A stretch of DNA of 64,000 bases from Oscillospiraceae bacterium (GCA_017435615.1 JAFSET010000034.1:2772-66771); one strand, 5' to 3'. Positions 1-8,798 are shown, counted from the stretch's first letter. The notes: generated by a model from the sequence alone, not told the origin. Translations and numbers: made by a program.

Positions 1-232
1 CTTCATATAACGAAAACCCGTTTCGCCTGCATATCGCTCCAACATCAACCTGGTGATTGTCTGTGTATAATTTTCCGTAAACGCAAACTGCCGGGCTATG
101 TTCTGTTTCTGAATGTACGTCGATATTCGTTTGCCTTGATGCTGCGATGAAATATACCGCAGCTATGCTCACCAGTATTGCCAGTAAAAGGACAACCGCA
201 AATCCCACTCGTTTAATGCTGTTCATTGTCAT
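1..232 (-). CDS. Hypothetical membrane-anchored protein, N-terminal part (runs off the window)
   Basis: Manual translation MTMNSIKRVGFAVVLLLAILVSIAAVYFIAAS..., open to position 1; GGGAG RBS just upstream; N-terminal hydrophobic helix. Confidence 0.65.
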   Translation of the reverse strand, partial: MTMNSIKRVGFAVVLLLAILVSIAAVYFIAASRQTNIDVHSETEHSPAVCVYGKLYTDNHQVDVGAICRRNGFSLYE

Positions 233-463
233 TCACTCCCATTAAAGGTTGGTTTACATAAAACCGCACCATCATGAACTCAGTATAATTAAGATAGAAT
301 TTCTGTTGATTTCATCACTTCATTGATTGTATTCGGAAAAACCGTTTTGGCGAATTATGATTCCTTGTGTTTTTTCTACCACGAACGAAAAGATCCCCCC
401 TGTCTTCCCTGCAATGAGAGCCTTAGATGCTGTGTTCTTCCGATTTTAAGACAGGAAACCGGC

Positions 464-1015
464 TTATGTACCGCTGCGCTGTGTCTGCGCGTATTTTGCA
501 TCAGGATCAATCCATATATTTGCGTCATACGTTATGCCAACAGCTTCACATTGTTCCCCAAAAGCGGTTTGATTTCGCCACGGTCCCAGCAATATATCGT
601 CTGTACTATTGATCAAATAGAAATAATATTCTTCTTCTGTCAAATTTCTTAAATAGTTAAGCTTTTCGTCGTGATAGGGGTATGGCGGTATATAACATCC
701 TTGCAATCCTATATACTCATCGTAAACGAAATAATATACTACATAATAGTCATCAATTCTTGTTTCCCATATAGTGGCATTATAATTAGGACGATAACCT
801 ATTCCTCGATCTGTTGATGAAACTTTACATATTGCATAACCGTTTCCAATTTCCATAAAGTAATCATCGGAGCCACACCCACATTGCATCATCAACATGC
901 CGACAATCACAGAAATGGCAATACCGTTCTTCAAAAATAATAACACTGCAGACTTCAATTTTACGAAACGATGTGCTGTATGGAACACACCAATCACATC
1001 CTTTCCAATACCCAA
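464..1015 (-). CDS. Hypothetical lipoprotein (DUF3997-like; start uncertain)
   Basis: ORF 183 aa; hydrophobic stretch ending in CGC then DDYFMEIGNGY; Tyr-rich; AT-rich DNA. Confidence 0.55.
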   Translation of the reverse strand: MGIGKDVIGVFHTAHRFVKLKSAVLLFLKNGIAISVIVGMLMMQCGCGSDDYFMEIGNGYAICKVSSTDRGIGYRPNYNATIWETRIDDYYVVYYFVYDEYIGLQGCYIPPYPYHDEKLNYLRNLTEEEYYFYLINSTDDILLGPWRNQTAFGEQCEAVGITYDANIWIDPDAKYAQTQRSGT

Positions 1016-1060
1016 TTGACAAGCGGCATTTCCGCTTTTGGATGCTGTGTTCTATCGGTT

Positions 1061-1585
1061 CTAAGACGGGAATACGCAGCTTGACTGAAACTCTTTTTCA
1101 AAAAAGATTTTAAAATCACTTAAAACGACAGTTTTATCCTTATCTTTTGTGTCCAAATAGGCAAAAAACACAAGGCATTGCGCAGTATCATCAAAACCAA
1201 ACATGCGAATCTCCTGCGTAAATGATTCGCTGTTATAATTGCGCTCATATATCGTATAATTGTTATAACGGTACGGCTTGGGATCAAACTGAAAAGCAGT
1301 TATACAATGATTTTTTGCCTCTGAATAGGTTTCTGAATCGTATGTAAGCGTTACAATGGATTTTATCTTAATATTCCAAATGTGATCATCATAGTAACAA
1401 TAGTAATCTCCATTCTGGTACGGGTAGATATCTAAGAAATCTTCGTTCCCGGGAAGTAAATTGTAATTAAACTCCATAGAGCTTTCGAAACTGGAAAAGT
1501 TCTCAATGCCATAGTATTCTGTAGTTTGACATCCGCAAAGGAGTAATATAACAGGCATAATCATAAGAAACATGGCTTTTTTCAT
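1061..1585 (-). CDS. Hypothetical lipoprotein, member of the local tandem family
   Basis: MKK start, hydrophobic core, LCGC lipobox; GAGAGG RBS. Confidence 0.75.
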   Translation of the reverse strand: MKKAMFLMIMPVILLLCGCQTTEYYGIENFSSFESSMEFNYNLLPGNEDFLDIYPYQNGDYYCYYDDHIWNIKIKSIVTLTYDSETYSEAKNHCITAFQFDPKPYRYNNYTIYERNYNSESFTQEIRMFGFDDTAQCLVFFAYLDTKDKDKTVVLSDFKIFFEKEFQSSCVFPS

Positions 1586-1608
1586 ATTTTCCTCTCACCT
1601 TCCAATGG

Positions 1609-1910
1609 GTCATTGCGAGCTGCTTAAAAAGCAGCATGGTAATCCGCTCCCGCCTGTGTCATTGCAAGCCGCTTAAAAAGCGGCGTGGCAATCTCAAAGG
1701 GGGAGTTTATTCGTTTAGATCACTAAAGGACATTTGAGACTTAAATAATGAATTAATAATAAGCTTTTAGGCTGGCACGGGTCCTTTGGGGCGTGCAGGT
1801 TATGCCGCTTCCCTTTGAGATTGCCACGCCAGTGTGCGCACTGGCTCGCAATGACACGACTGGGAGCTTTTCTCCATTCTATCACCGGTTCGCAATGACA
1901 TAGGGGGCGG
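1609..1910. repeat. Nested inverted pairs of GTCATTGCGAG...GCAATC palindromic (REP-like, CGTC-type) repeats
   Basis: Inner pair about 1656-1701 and 1811-1857 are inverted copies (GTGTCATTGC.AGCC..GGCGTGGCAATCTCAAAGGG); further partial units at 1609-1635 and 1887-1900; same unit recurs near 23643, 30457 and 55283. Confidence 0.8.
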
Positions 1911-1947
1911 AGACGACAGAACAGGCACTTTATACTCCCGTCCGGCC

Positions 1948-2487
1948 CTACAAAGAAAGCGGTATTTCTAAGTATCGAGAATAGGAATCCGGCAATAAGC
2001 TGTGTGGGAACTCGATCTCCTTCTTGGGAATATCCTGCAAATAAATGAAATAGATTTTATTTTGATCCTTGTCCACCAATGCGTATTCGTAAAACAAGTT
2101 TTCTCCCAGGCTGATCGCATATGCTTCCAGCAATGAAGCTTGAAAATGCTCCGTGCACACAGTTGCGATTGCAGCAATACGATTTTGTTCGGCAGTCAAA
2201 GCCTCCTCGTCCTCAAACTGTACCTCCAGCAGGATCTGAACTCCCTCACCCAGTGGTAGCTGTTGGTCATATCTGCACAGAAAATTTGCTACATCATAAT
2301 CTTCAATTTTTTGTGGGAAAAGAAAATGGGAATCCACACGCTGAAAAGCAAGTCCGGACAAGTCCCATATTTCTGCATAATTTTCGATTGTGTAATAATC
2401 CTTATAGGAAATATAATCACATCCTGCATAAGCTGCAGTCAACACAATCACGATCAATATCAATAAAACATTGCGAAGCTTTCTCAT
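1948..2487 (-). CDS. Hypothetical lipoprotein, member of the local tandem family
   Basis: Signal peptide with YAGC lipobox-like motif; AGGAG RBS; FP..I and YALVD...KIYFIYL motifs shared with neighbours. Confidence 0.75.
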   Translation of the reverse strand: MRKLRNVLLILIVIVLTAAYAGCDYISYKDYYTIENYAEIWDLSGLAFQRVDSHFLFPQKIEDYDVANFLCRYDQQLPLGEGVQILLEVQFEDEEALTAEQNRIAAIATVCTEHFQASLLEAYAISLGENLFYEYALVDKDQNKIYFIYLQDIPKKEIEFPHSLLPDSYSRYLEIPLSL

Positions 2488-2625
2488 ATTGTCTCCTTTT
2501 TATACACGGTTTTCCTGTCTTCATTCCCCACAGCTTTCTTTTCAAGGAAATTCCTTTTTCGTTTGTGTTTGTATGAAAATATGTAATGGATAAAAAAGCA
2601 ATCACGGCTCTTGAAGCTTTGCAAG

Positions 2626-3294
2626 TCATTTATTGTTTGAAAGGTATTGCATGTATTGCCAGGGGTCAATATGGAACGCACCAAAAAAGGTGGTCAAAAA
2701 GCCGGTATCGGACAGTCCGTCCACACATAGCGAAAGAAAAACGATTCTCTGTTCTTCCTTATTAACTAAAATTCTGTTGATATGTGCATTTGTAATGGTG
2801 TAATAGTATTCTGTCTTTTTATCAAGCAAAAACAGATGATCGCGGTCAATTCCTGGTGCTTCGGCTGCGGTGTAGGAATAATCATCATAGCTTTCATCAA
2901 AGCCAAACGTCATTGGGGGAAGACCGGCTGTTATTTCATTTACATATTCCTGAAAAGCCGTTTCATCATCAATCGTAAACTGCAAATATGTTTCAAAGGC
3001 GTAGTTGTCCAATTCGTTCACTTCAGCACGATGGGAGTAAATCACATTTTCAAAGCCTTTAGAGATTTCCTTGGGGAAAAACGAGCGAATACATTTCTCG
3101 GCGATTTCTTGCGGAACGCCTTCAAAGACACCGTATTCTGCCATATCATTCGTTTGATAATATGTGGATTCCGGAATCTCTATCAATATGCCAATAACCG
3201 CCAGTACGATAAATAAAATAAATATTGCATTGATGATCAGGGAAACTTTCAGAAGTGTATTCTTCTGAGAATCGTTCAGTACAAGTTTTTTCAT
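2626..3294 (-). CDS. Hypothetical membrane-anchored protein, paralog of 3305-4030
   Basis: Start moved to MKKLVLND (AAGGAGG RBS); one N-terminal TM helix; FFPKEI, AFETYLQFTIDDE, ILVNKEEQRIVF motifs. Confidence 0.8.
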   Translation of the reverse strand: MKKLVLNDSQKNTLLKVSLIINAIFILFIVLAVIGILIEIPESTYYQTNDMAEYGVFEGVPQEIAEKCIRSFFPKEISKGFENVIYSHRAEVNELDNYAFETYLQFTIDDETAFQEYVNEITAGLPPMTFGFDESYDDYSYTAAEAPGIDRDHLFLLDKKTEYYYTITNAHINRILVNKEEQRIVFLSLCVDGLSDTGFLTTFFGAFHIDPWQYMQYLSNNK

Positions 3295-3304
3295 ATTATC
3301 CTCC

Positions 3305-4030
3305 TTATTCAACCCACGCGTACCCATTGCGTGATACAGCAGAAGGGGTGGAACTGGCCCCATGTCCCCAAACTGGCGTTGAGCCGTCACCGTGTCCTTC
3401 CAGGAAATCCAAGTACGCTTCATACTCGTAGTGATCAATACCAAACCGGGTGTATAGCACATTTAGGTAATCTGTTTCTGCCGAACTGTCCCATTCGTAT
3501 AATCCATAAAAGATTATGCGGTTTTCGCTATGATTGATGAGGATCAACCTGACATCTGCACTTGAATAGATATACCACACATCATCCTTGTAGGAACTGG
3601 TAGTTATATCCAACTTGCTCGATATATAATATTCTTGAAAAGCAGAGTCAAAAGGAAATGTATGTAGGGTTTTATCCCCAATTTGTCGGGACACATAATC
3701 ATTGAATACGGCCTCATCCTTGATGGTGAATTCCAACATAGATTCGAAAGCTTCTCCATCATGCTTGATTGAACGGTATATATACTCCACATCTTCAAAA
3801 TAGGGTTCAATTTGTTCCGGAAAATACGGATCGAGGAGCTCATGCGCAGTTTTTCCGCTGTAGCTGTTATCATATTCTCTGTATTGCTCCACAGAAGCTA
3901 CTTCGTATTTGTTATCGACAAATGTGTAGTGGCATGACACAAGTGCTATGACAGCATAGAAGATTATCATAACAATTGAGAACATGGTCCAACAAAAGGA
4001 TCTTAGAAATTTATTCTGAATTCTAAACAT
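3305..4030 (-). CDS. Hypothetical membrane-anchored/lipoprotein, paralog of 2626-3294
   Basis: Start at MFRIQNK (GGAGG RBS); YFPEQI, AFESMLEFTIKDE, ILINHSENRIIF motifs. Confidence 0.8.
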   Translation of the reverse strand: MFRIQNKFLRSFCWTMFSIVMIIFYAVIALVSCHYTFVDNKYEVASVEQYREYDNSYSGKTAHELLDPYFPEQIEPYFEDVEYIYRSIKHDGEAFESMLEFTIKDEAVFNDYVSRQIGDKTLHTFPFDSAFQEYYISSKLDITTSSYKDDVWYIYSSADVRLILINHSENRIIFYGLYEWDSSAETDYLNVLYTRFGIDHYEYEAYLDFLEGHGDGSTPVWGHGASSTPSAVSRNGYAWVE

Positions 4031-4067
4031 GATGCATACACCTCCATGCATAGATCCTTAAATACTT

Positions 4068-4271
4068 TCAGTCTTCTACATATTCCAAAATATCCGATAC
4101 ATTACAATCCAGGGCGCGGCAGATTGCATCCAATGTGGAAAAGCGAATTGCCTTGGCCTTATTATTTTTCAGAACGGATAGATTGGCCAGGGTAATCCCC
4201 ACCTTATCTGACAGCTCATTCAGCGACATTTTCCGCCGGGCCATCATCACATCCAAATTGATCACGATCAT
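4068..4271 (-). CDS. Cro/C1-type HTH regulator (YozG-like)
   Basis: NLDVMMARRKMSLNELSDKVGITLANLSVLKNNKAKAIRFSTL signature; usual partner of DUF2975. Confidence 0.9.
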   Translation of the reverse strand: MIVINLDVMMARRKMSLNELSDKVGITLANLSVLKNNKAKAIRFSTLDAICRALDCNVSDILEYVED

Positions 4272-4294
4272 CTTTTCAAGCGCTCTCTTTCCCG

Positions 4295-4768
4295 TCAGAC
4301 TGTTAAATCGTTTTCGTCCTTGATGGCAACGGCTTCACGGACCGTATTTTTTACCACACCCAGGGCAAGACCCAAAAACAGTGCCATAAACGCTACCACG
4401 ATAGACAGTTGAAACCATATTCCCAGACCGCCAAACAGTCCCCCCAGGCCAAAGCAGCACCAGGACACGCCCTTGATCAGGGAAACCGTCTGTTTTGTAA
4501 AGACCTGGCCCTTTTTCACATTGGACAAAATACCCATCAGCAAACAGTCAGCCACCATGAAATCCACTATAATTCCATAGGCCAGGATCAGCGCAACTGT
4601 TCTTCCTGCCTGGGTGATCTGGTCACGGTTGCCGATGTTGTCCGGCAGATTGATCAGCATAGTTGTCAGCGTGGGCATAATGAACAGTGACCATACGCAC
4701 ACCGCAAGGAACAAAACAGCAACCACAAGGGCTAAATTCACATAAGCATTTTTGGGGGTCTTCTTCAT
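4295..4768 (-). CDS. DUF2975-family membrane protein
   Basis: Four hydrophobic segments, VFTKQTV motif, C-terminal AVAIKDENDLTV; upstream of YozG-like HTH. Confidence 0.85.
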   Translation of the reverse strand: MKKTPKNAYVNLALVVAVLFLAVCVWSLFIMPTLTTMLINLPDNIGNRDQITQAGRTVALILAYGIIVDFMVADCLLMGILSNVKKGQVFTKQTVSLIKGVSWCCFGLGGLFGGLGIWFQLSIVVAFMALFLGLALGVVKNTVREAVAIKDENDLTV

Positions 4769-4800
4769 AATTCTCCCTCCATTTTCTCAATGATACCCTC

Positions 4801-4855
4801 AGCATAACACGCAAAGTGTCGATTGTCAATAATAATTTATCGTTTATCGATAAAT
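4801..4855 (-). promoter_or_regulatory. SigA-type promoter of the DUF2975-HTH operon with adjacent palindromic operator
   Basis: Minus strand TTGACA(4829-4824)-17 bp-TATGCT(4806-4801) with TG extension; ATTTATCG-N5-CGATAAAT palindrome at 4835-4855. Confidence 0.65.
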
Positions 4856-4912
4856 ATAAGGGTCTTGAAAGACCAAGCATTGTTTGATATCATTACGCTT
4901 GAGGTGATCACC

Positions 4913-5590
4913 ATGCGCTACCAAAAAATCGTCCCCGGAAGCTTTATCAGCCGGCCCAACCGGTTTATTGCCCATATTGAAATCGAAGGAGTCCAGCAGG
5001 TTTGTCATGTAAAAAACACCGGCAGGTGCAAGGAGCTTTTGCAGCCCGGTGCTACCGTTTACTGCGCCGACTGTCAGTCCCCGGCCCGGAAGACCCGGTA
5101 TGACCTGATCGCCGTACAAAAGGGTCACCGGCTGATCAATATGGACTCTCAGGCCCCCAATCAGGCGGTGAAGGAATGGCTGTTATGCGGCGGCCTGGGC
5201 AGCATAGAAAAGCTAAAGCCGGAGTCTACCTTCGGAGATTCCCGTTTTGATTTTTCCTTTTACAAGAATGGACGGCTTTGCTTTTTGGAGGTCAAGGGTG
5301 TGACCTTGGAAACGGACGGCGTATGCGCCTTTCCCGATGCGCCAACCCAGCGTGGCACCAAGCATTTGACAGAGCTGACAAGACTGTGCCGGGAGGGTTA
5401 CGGGGCCTATGTGCTGTTTGTGATCCAAATGTCCGATGTGGCCTTTCTGCATCCCAACGACCAAACAGACCCGGCCTTCGGCCAGGCCTTGCGTCAGGCT
5501 GCCCGGGAGGGCGTACAGGTTTTGGCCATGGACTGCACCGTGGCACCGGATGAAATGGTTTTACGCAATCCAGTTGAAGTCAGGCTGTAG
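4913..5590 (+). CDS. sfsA: SfsA sugar fermentation stimulation / nuclease-fold protein
   Basis: RPNRF, HVKNTGRCKEL, SRFDF, EVKGVTL, FPDAPTQRGTKHL motifs; GAGGTG RBS; TTGAAA-17-TATCAT upstream. Confidence 0.93.
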   Translation: MRYQKIVPGSFISRPNRFIAHIEIEGVQQVCHVKNTGRCKELLQPGATVYCADCQSPARKTRYDLIAVQKGHRLINMDSQAPNQAVKEWLLCGGLGSIEKLKPESTFGDSRFDFSFYKNGRLCFLEVKGVTLETDGVCAFPDAPTQRGTKHLTELTRLCREGYGAYVLFVIQMSDVAFLHPNDQTDPAFGQALRQAAREGVQVLAMDCTVAPDEMVLRNPVEVRL

Positions 5591-5635
5591 CGGCTGTCCT
5601 TACATTTCAGTTTATAGAACAGATATAATCTTTTC

Positions 5636-5665
5636 GTAGGGACACCCCTCCCGGGGTGTCCCTAC
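5636..5665. repeat. GTAG-type REP-like perfect hairpin
   Basis: GTAGGGACACCCC-TCCC-GGGGTGTCCCTAC, 13-bp perfect stem between convergent genes. Confidence 0.7.
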
Positions 5666-5713
5666 AAGATCGGATATAGAGATCGAAAATAATAATTTTG
5701 ATGCGAATAACAA

Positions 5714-5747
5714 ATGGGATGCTGCAAGTGTCTTTGCAGCATCCCAT
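5714..5747. terminator. Probable intrinsic terminator between convergent sfsA and MFS genes
   Basis: ATGGGATGCTGCAA/TTGCAGCATCCCAT stem immediately after the MFS stop. Confidence 0.6.
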
Positions 5748-5756
5748 GTTCCATTT

Positions 5757-7001
5757 TTATCGAGGCGGCAGTTTTCGTTTCAGGATCATCAGCACCACAA
5801 CGCCCAAAAGGGGGAACAGTGCCGCGATCAGCATACCCAGCTTCATGCCCACCTGCTCGGAGGATATGGACAGGGCTTCTCCCATCTGTGATGCCCACCG
5901 GCTGACCGACACGCTGTCTACCACCATGCCGTGAAGCTGAGGAGCCACGGAGGAACCGAAATCTCCGGCTGCTGCCATCAGCGCATAAGCGGTCACGCCT
6001 ACGCCGGGGATACGCTCCTCCATCAAAATCAAGGTACCGGGCCAAAGCATAGAGGTGCAAATACCGGTGAGCACGCACCCCAGCAGTGACAGGGCCGCAA
6101 TGGGTGACAATGCCGCCACCAGGTAGCACACCACAGCGCCGACCATGCCAAACACCAGCACCCGGTAAATATTTTTGCCCCGTTTGGCATACCAGGTCCG
6201 GCCCACGCCCAGCAAAACCGCAAACAGCGCCAGGCCGATGATATCGCACAGGGTCTTGGAGATCCGCAGTACATTTTCCAAATAACTGGAAATCCAGTTG
6301 GTCATGGTATTTTCCGCCGCACCGCCCAGAAAAATGCACAGCGCGCAAAGGGCCAGGCCGGTGGTGCGTTTTTTGGCAGTCTGCTCCCCGGTGCTGTGGG
6401 ACAGCTCCATAGGCGGCAGCGTACTGGTGCAGAACAGCACACAGCAAATGATCGGCAGCACCGCCAGCCCCAGGGTTAGATACATCCAGTTTTCTCTGCC
6501 GAAAATCTGCAAAAAAACCGTACTGATCAGCACCACCGTCAGCACGCCGTAGGCATACAAAGAGTGCAGAAGGCTCATATCCCGGTCCGGGGTTTTGGAG
6601 GGAATTGCCGCGATCAGGGGGCTGAGCAGCACCTCGGACAAACCGGCAGCAACAGAAAAAATGAAGGTTCCTGCCACCAGTCCGGCATAGGCGTATTGGG
6701 GCATCAGCATCGGCACCAGGGCATATACCGTCATGCCGGCCGCTGTGATCAGGGGCATGATCCGGATGGTTTTATGAATATTGAAATACTTGCCGAAAAA
6801 GGAAAAGACCAGATCCACCACAAGCTGGGTGCAGAAATTGATCAGCACCAGGGTCCCCAGCAGCGTGTAGGAAATGCCGTACATCTCCCGGAAGGTGACA
6901 AACAGCATCGGCGGCAGGCAAAATACCGACGACAGGGCAAGATAGGTAAAATAACAGGAAAATTTCGCTTTTTGATAATTTGGCATATCGATGGGCTCCA
7001 T
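5757..7001 (-). CDS. MFS transporter
   Basis: 414 aa with about 12 hydrophobic segments in two halves. Confidence 0.85.
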   Translation of the reverse strand: MEPIDMPNYQKAKFSCYFTYLALSSVFCLPPMLFVTFREMYGISYTLLGTLVLINFCTQLVVDLVFSFFGKYFNIHKTIRIMPLITAAGMTVYALVPMLMPQYAYAGLVAGTFIFSVAAGLSEVLLSPLIAAIPSKTPDRDMSLLHSLYAYGVLTVVLISTVFLQIFGRENWMYLTLGLAVLPIICCVLFCTSTLPPMELSHSTGEQTAKKRTTGLALCALCIFLGGAAENTMTNWISSYLENVLRISKTLCDIIGLALFAVLLGVGRTWYAKRGKNIYRVLVFGMVGAVVCYLVAALSPIAALSLLGCVLTGICTSMLWPGTLILMEERIPGVGVTAYALMAAAGDFGSSVAPQLHGMVVDSVSVSRWASQMGEALSISSEQVGMKLGMLIAALFPLLGVVVLMILKRKLPPR

Positions 7002-7084
7002 TTATGAGATTGCCCATACTATATATGATTTTCTGTTTTTTTGCAATAAGCAAAATCACAAAATTTGAAGATTTTTGACGAGCC

Positions 7085-7573
7085 TCAGAAGGAAGCTTCG
7101 TAATAATAGAAATTTCCGCAAATATGCTCGGTGTAATAGCAGTTGTCACCGTTTTTTTGCTGCCACTGGTAGCCATTGCCTGCGGGCTTTAATAAGTCGG
7201 CAGACAGGGGCGCGCACCACACAGCCGCCATATCATGTTCAGCAGTGTAATAGAAGCCTACATAGGAGGTCCCTGAGCCAATACCGCCACCGCCACAGGA
7301 AAAGTCAACGACTGTTTTCTCTGCCCGTATATCTTTGACTATTCCTTGATTTTCAAAAGCAGAAAAATCTTCGCGTTGAATTGCCTCCATCAGCTCTGCC
7401 TCATTTTCACGCACAAATTTGAAAACATGCTCTTGATCAGCACTGTCATCGCCAAGTACAGTCAAAACTGCAAGCATGATACTACCGGCAAGATTTTTCA
7501 GCGTGTCTGCGCAGCCGGACAGGGTAAACGCCATAATCACTGCCAGCAGCAGGCACAGGCCTTTTTTCAGCAT
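7085..7573 (-). CDS. Hypothetical lipoprotein, probably in the ECF operon
   Basis: Start MLKKGLCLLL with LSGC lipobox; begins 4 bp after the anti-sigma stop. Confidence 0.75.
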   Translation of the reverse strand: MLKKGLCLLLAVIMAFTLSGCADTLKNLAGSIMLAVLTVLGDDSADQEHVFKFVRENEAELMEAIQREDFSAFENQGIVKDIRAEKTVVDFSCGGGGIGSGTSYVGFYYTAEHDMAAVWCAPLSADLLKPAGNGYQWQQKNGDNCYYTEHICGNFYYYEASF

Positions 7574-7577
7574 ATCC

Positions 7578-8159
7578 TCACTCCCGTCCCAGCAGCAGCG
7601 CATACTGGTTAGACAGCACCTTGGATAAGACGCAGAATACGGCAGACAGCCCAATTCCTGCCCAGATCAAGGGCGAACCCACCGCAAGCTGACCGGCGTA
7701 GTGGACCACTGCCCAGCCATATCCCAAAAGGATCATAGCCAGGGTAGAAACCATGCAGCCGTAAGAAAAAGACTTCCGGTTCCGGTACACCCGGATGAAA
7801 AACCAGTTTGCCAGGGACAGCAGATTTCCGGTGGCCGGAACGATCAGTGCCGCCGCCCACAGGCCGTTGGTAGCTCCGGCAGGCGTATTGCCTTCCAAAA
7901 CAACACCGATAGCCACGATGGCAAAGGAAACAAACAGCAGCACCGACTGAATGAGCGATGCTTTCCAGTCACTGACCCGGCGCAAGCTCACCTGGCTTAC
8001 GGCTTCTTCATGCCGCTGAAACATTTTTTTCATTTGTCCGTAAGCTCTGCGGCAGCTTTCACAGCCGTCCAAATGGGCGGCCACAAGCTTTCCGCTTTCT
8101 TCCGAACAGCAATCATCCACATACAGTGGCAGCAGATCCTTGATTACATTACAATCCAT
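7578..8159 (-). CDS. zf-HC2 membrane anti-sigma factor
   Basis: MDCNVIKDLLPLYVD...HLDGCESC zinc-binding motif plus four TM helices; overlaps the sigma gene stop. Confidence 0.9.
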   Translation of the reverse strand: MDCNVIKDLLPLYVDDCCSEESGKLVAAHLDGCESCRRAYGQMKKMFQRHEEAVSQVSLRRVSDWKASLIQSVLLFVSFAIVAIGVVLEGNTPAGATNGLWAAALIVPATGNLLSLANWFFIRVYRNRKSFSYGCMVSTLAMILLGYGWAVVHYAGQLAVGSPLIWAGIGLSAVFCVLSKVLSNQYALLLGRE

Positions 8160-8640
8160 GATTTTGACCCATTCCTTCCATGATTTTTTGCTTGGCTCGG
8201 TAGTAGGTGACCCGAGCCCAGCTTTCGCTTTTGCCAAACATGGTGCTGATGGCCTTCAGTGACAAACCGCCAAATACGGCCAGCATAAACACCTCTTTGT
8301 ATGGCTCATCTAATGCGTGCAAACAGGAAAAGGCTCTGCCGGCAAACTCCTTTTCCGCAAACAGATCGGCGATATCCGGCGTGCTGTCTGTCACCAGGGT
8401 CTCGTCCAAAGGTTGATGCTTTTTCTGTGCGCGAAACCAGGCAAAATAAGTATTCTTAGCGATCTGACACAGCCAGGAGGTGACCTTTTCCTCCTCACGC
8501 AGCCCGGAAAGGTTCATGTACGCACGAAAAAAGGTCTCCTGAGTCAGCTCCTCTGCCAGGGACACATCCCCACACAGCTTCATCAAAAACCGGAAAATAA
8601 AGGAATTGTTTTCCCGGAACAGCTTGTCAAAATCCAGCAC
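8149..8640 (-). CDS. ECF sigma-70 factor (GTG start at 8640; ATG at 8658 possible)
   Basis: AEELTQETFFRA, WLCQIAKN (region 2); LSLKAIS...SESWARVTYYRAK (region 4). Confidence 0.92.
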   Translation of the reverse strand: MLDFDKLFRENNSFIFRFLMKLCGDVSLAEELTQETFFRAYMNLSGLREEEKVTSWLCQIAKNTYFAWFRAQKKHQPLDETLVTDSTPDIADLFAEKEFAGRAFSCLHALDEPYKEVFMLAVFGGLSLKAISTMFGKSESWARVTYYRAKQKIMEGMGQNHGL

Positions 8641-8771
8641 GCCATCACCGCCTTTCATCTATTAGATTGCAAAGCTCAAAATTCGTTACACAGAATTTGC
8701 AAAATCTTTTCTGCATTGTAAAAAATCTTCATTCCTTCGCGTATCGTTCTTAACATCAGCTAAACAGGCAA

Positions 8772-8798
8772 ATAGGGCTGTCGATTTGACAGCCCTAT
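8772..8798 (-). terminator. Intrinsic terminator of the TauE/SafE gene
   Basis: ATAGGGCTGTC/GACAGCCCTAT stem overlapping the stop codon. Confidence 0.6.

Noticed and set aside
1-4030. Classical integron
   Set aside because: No IntI integrase and no RYYYAAC...GTTRRRY attC structure recognised at gene boundaries
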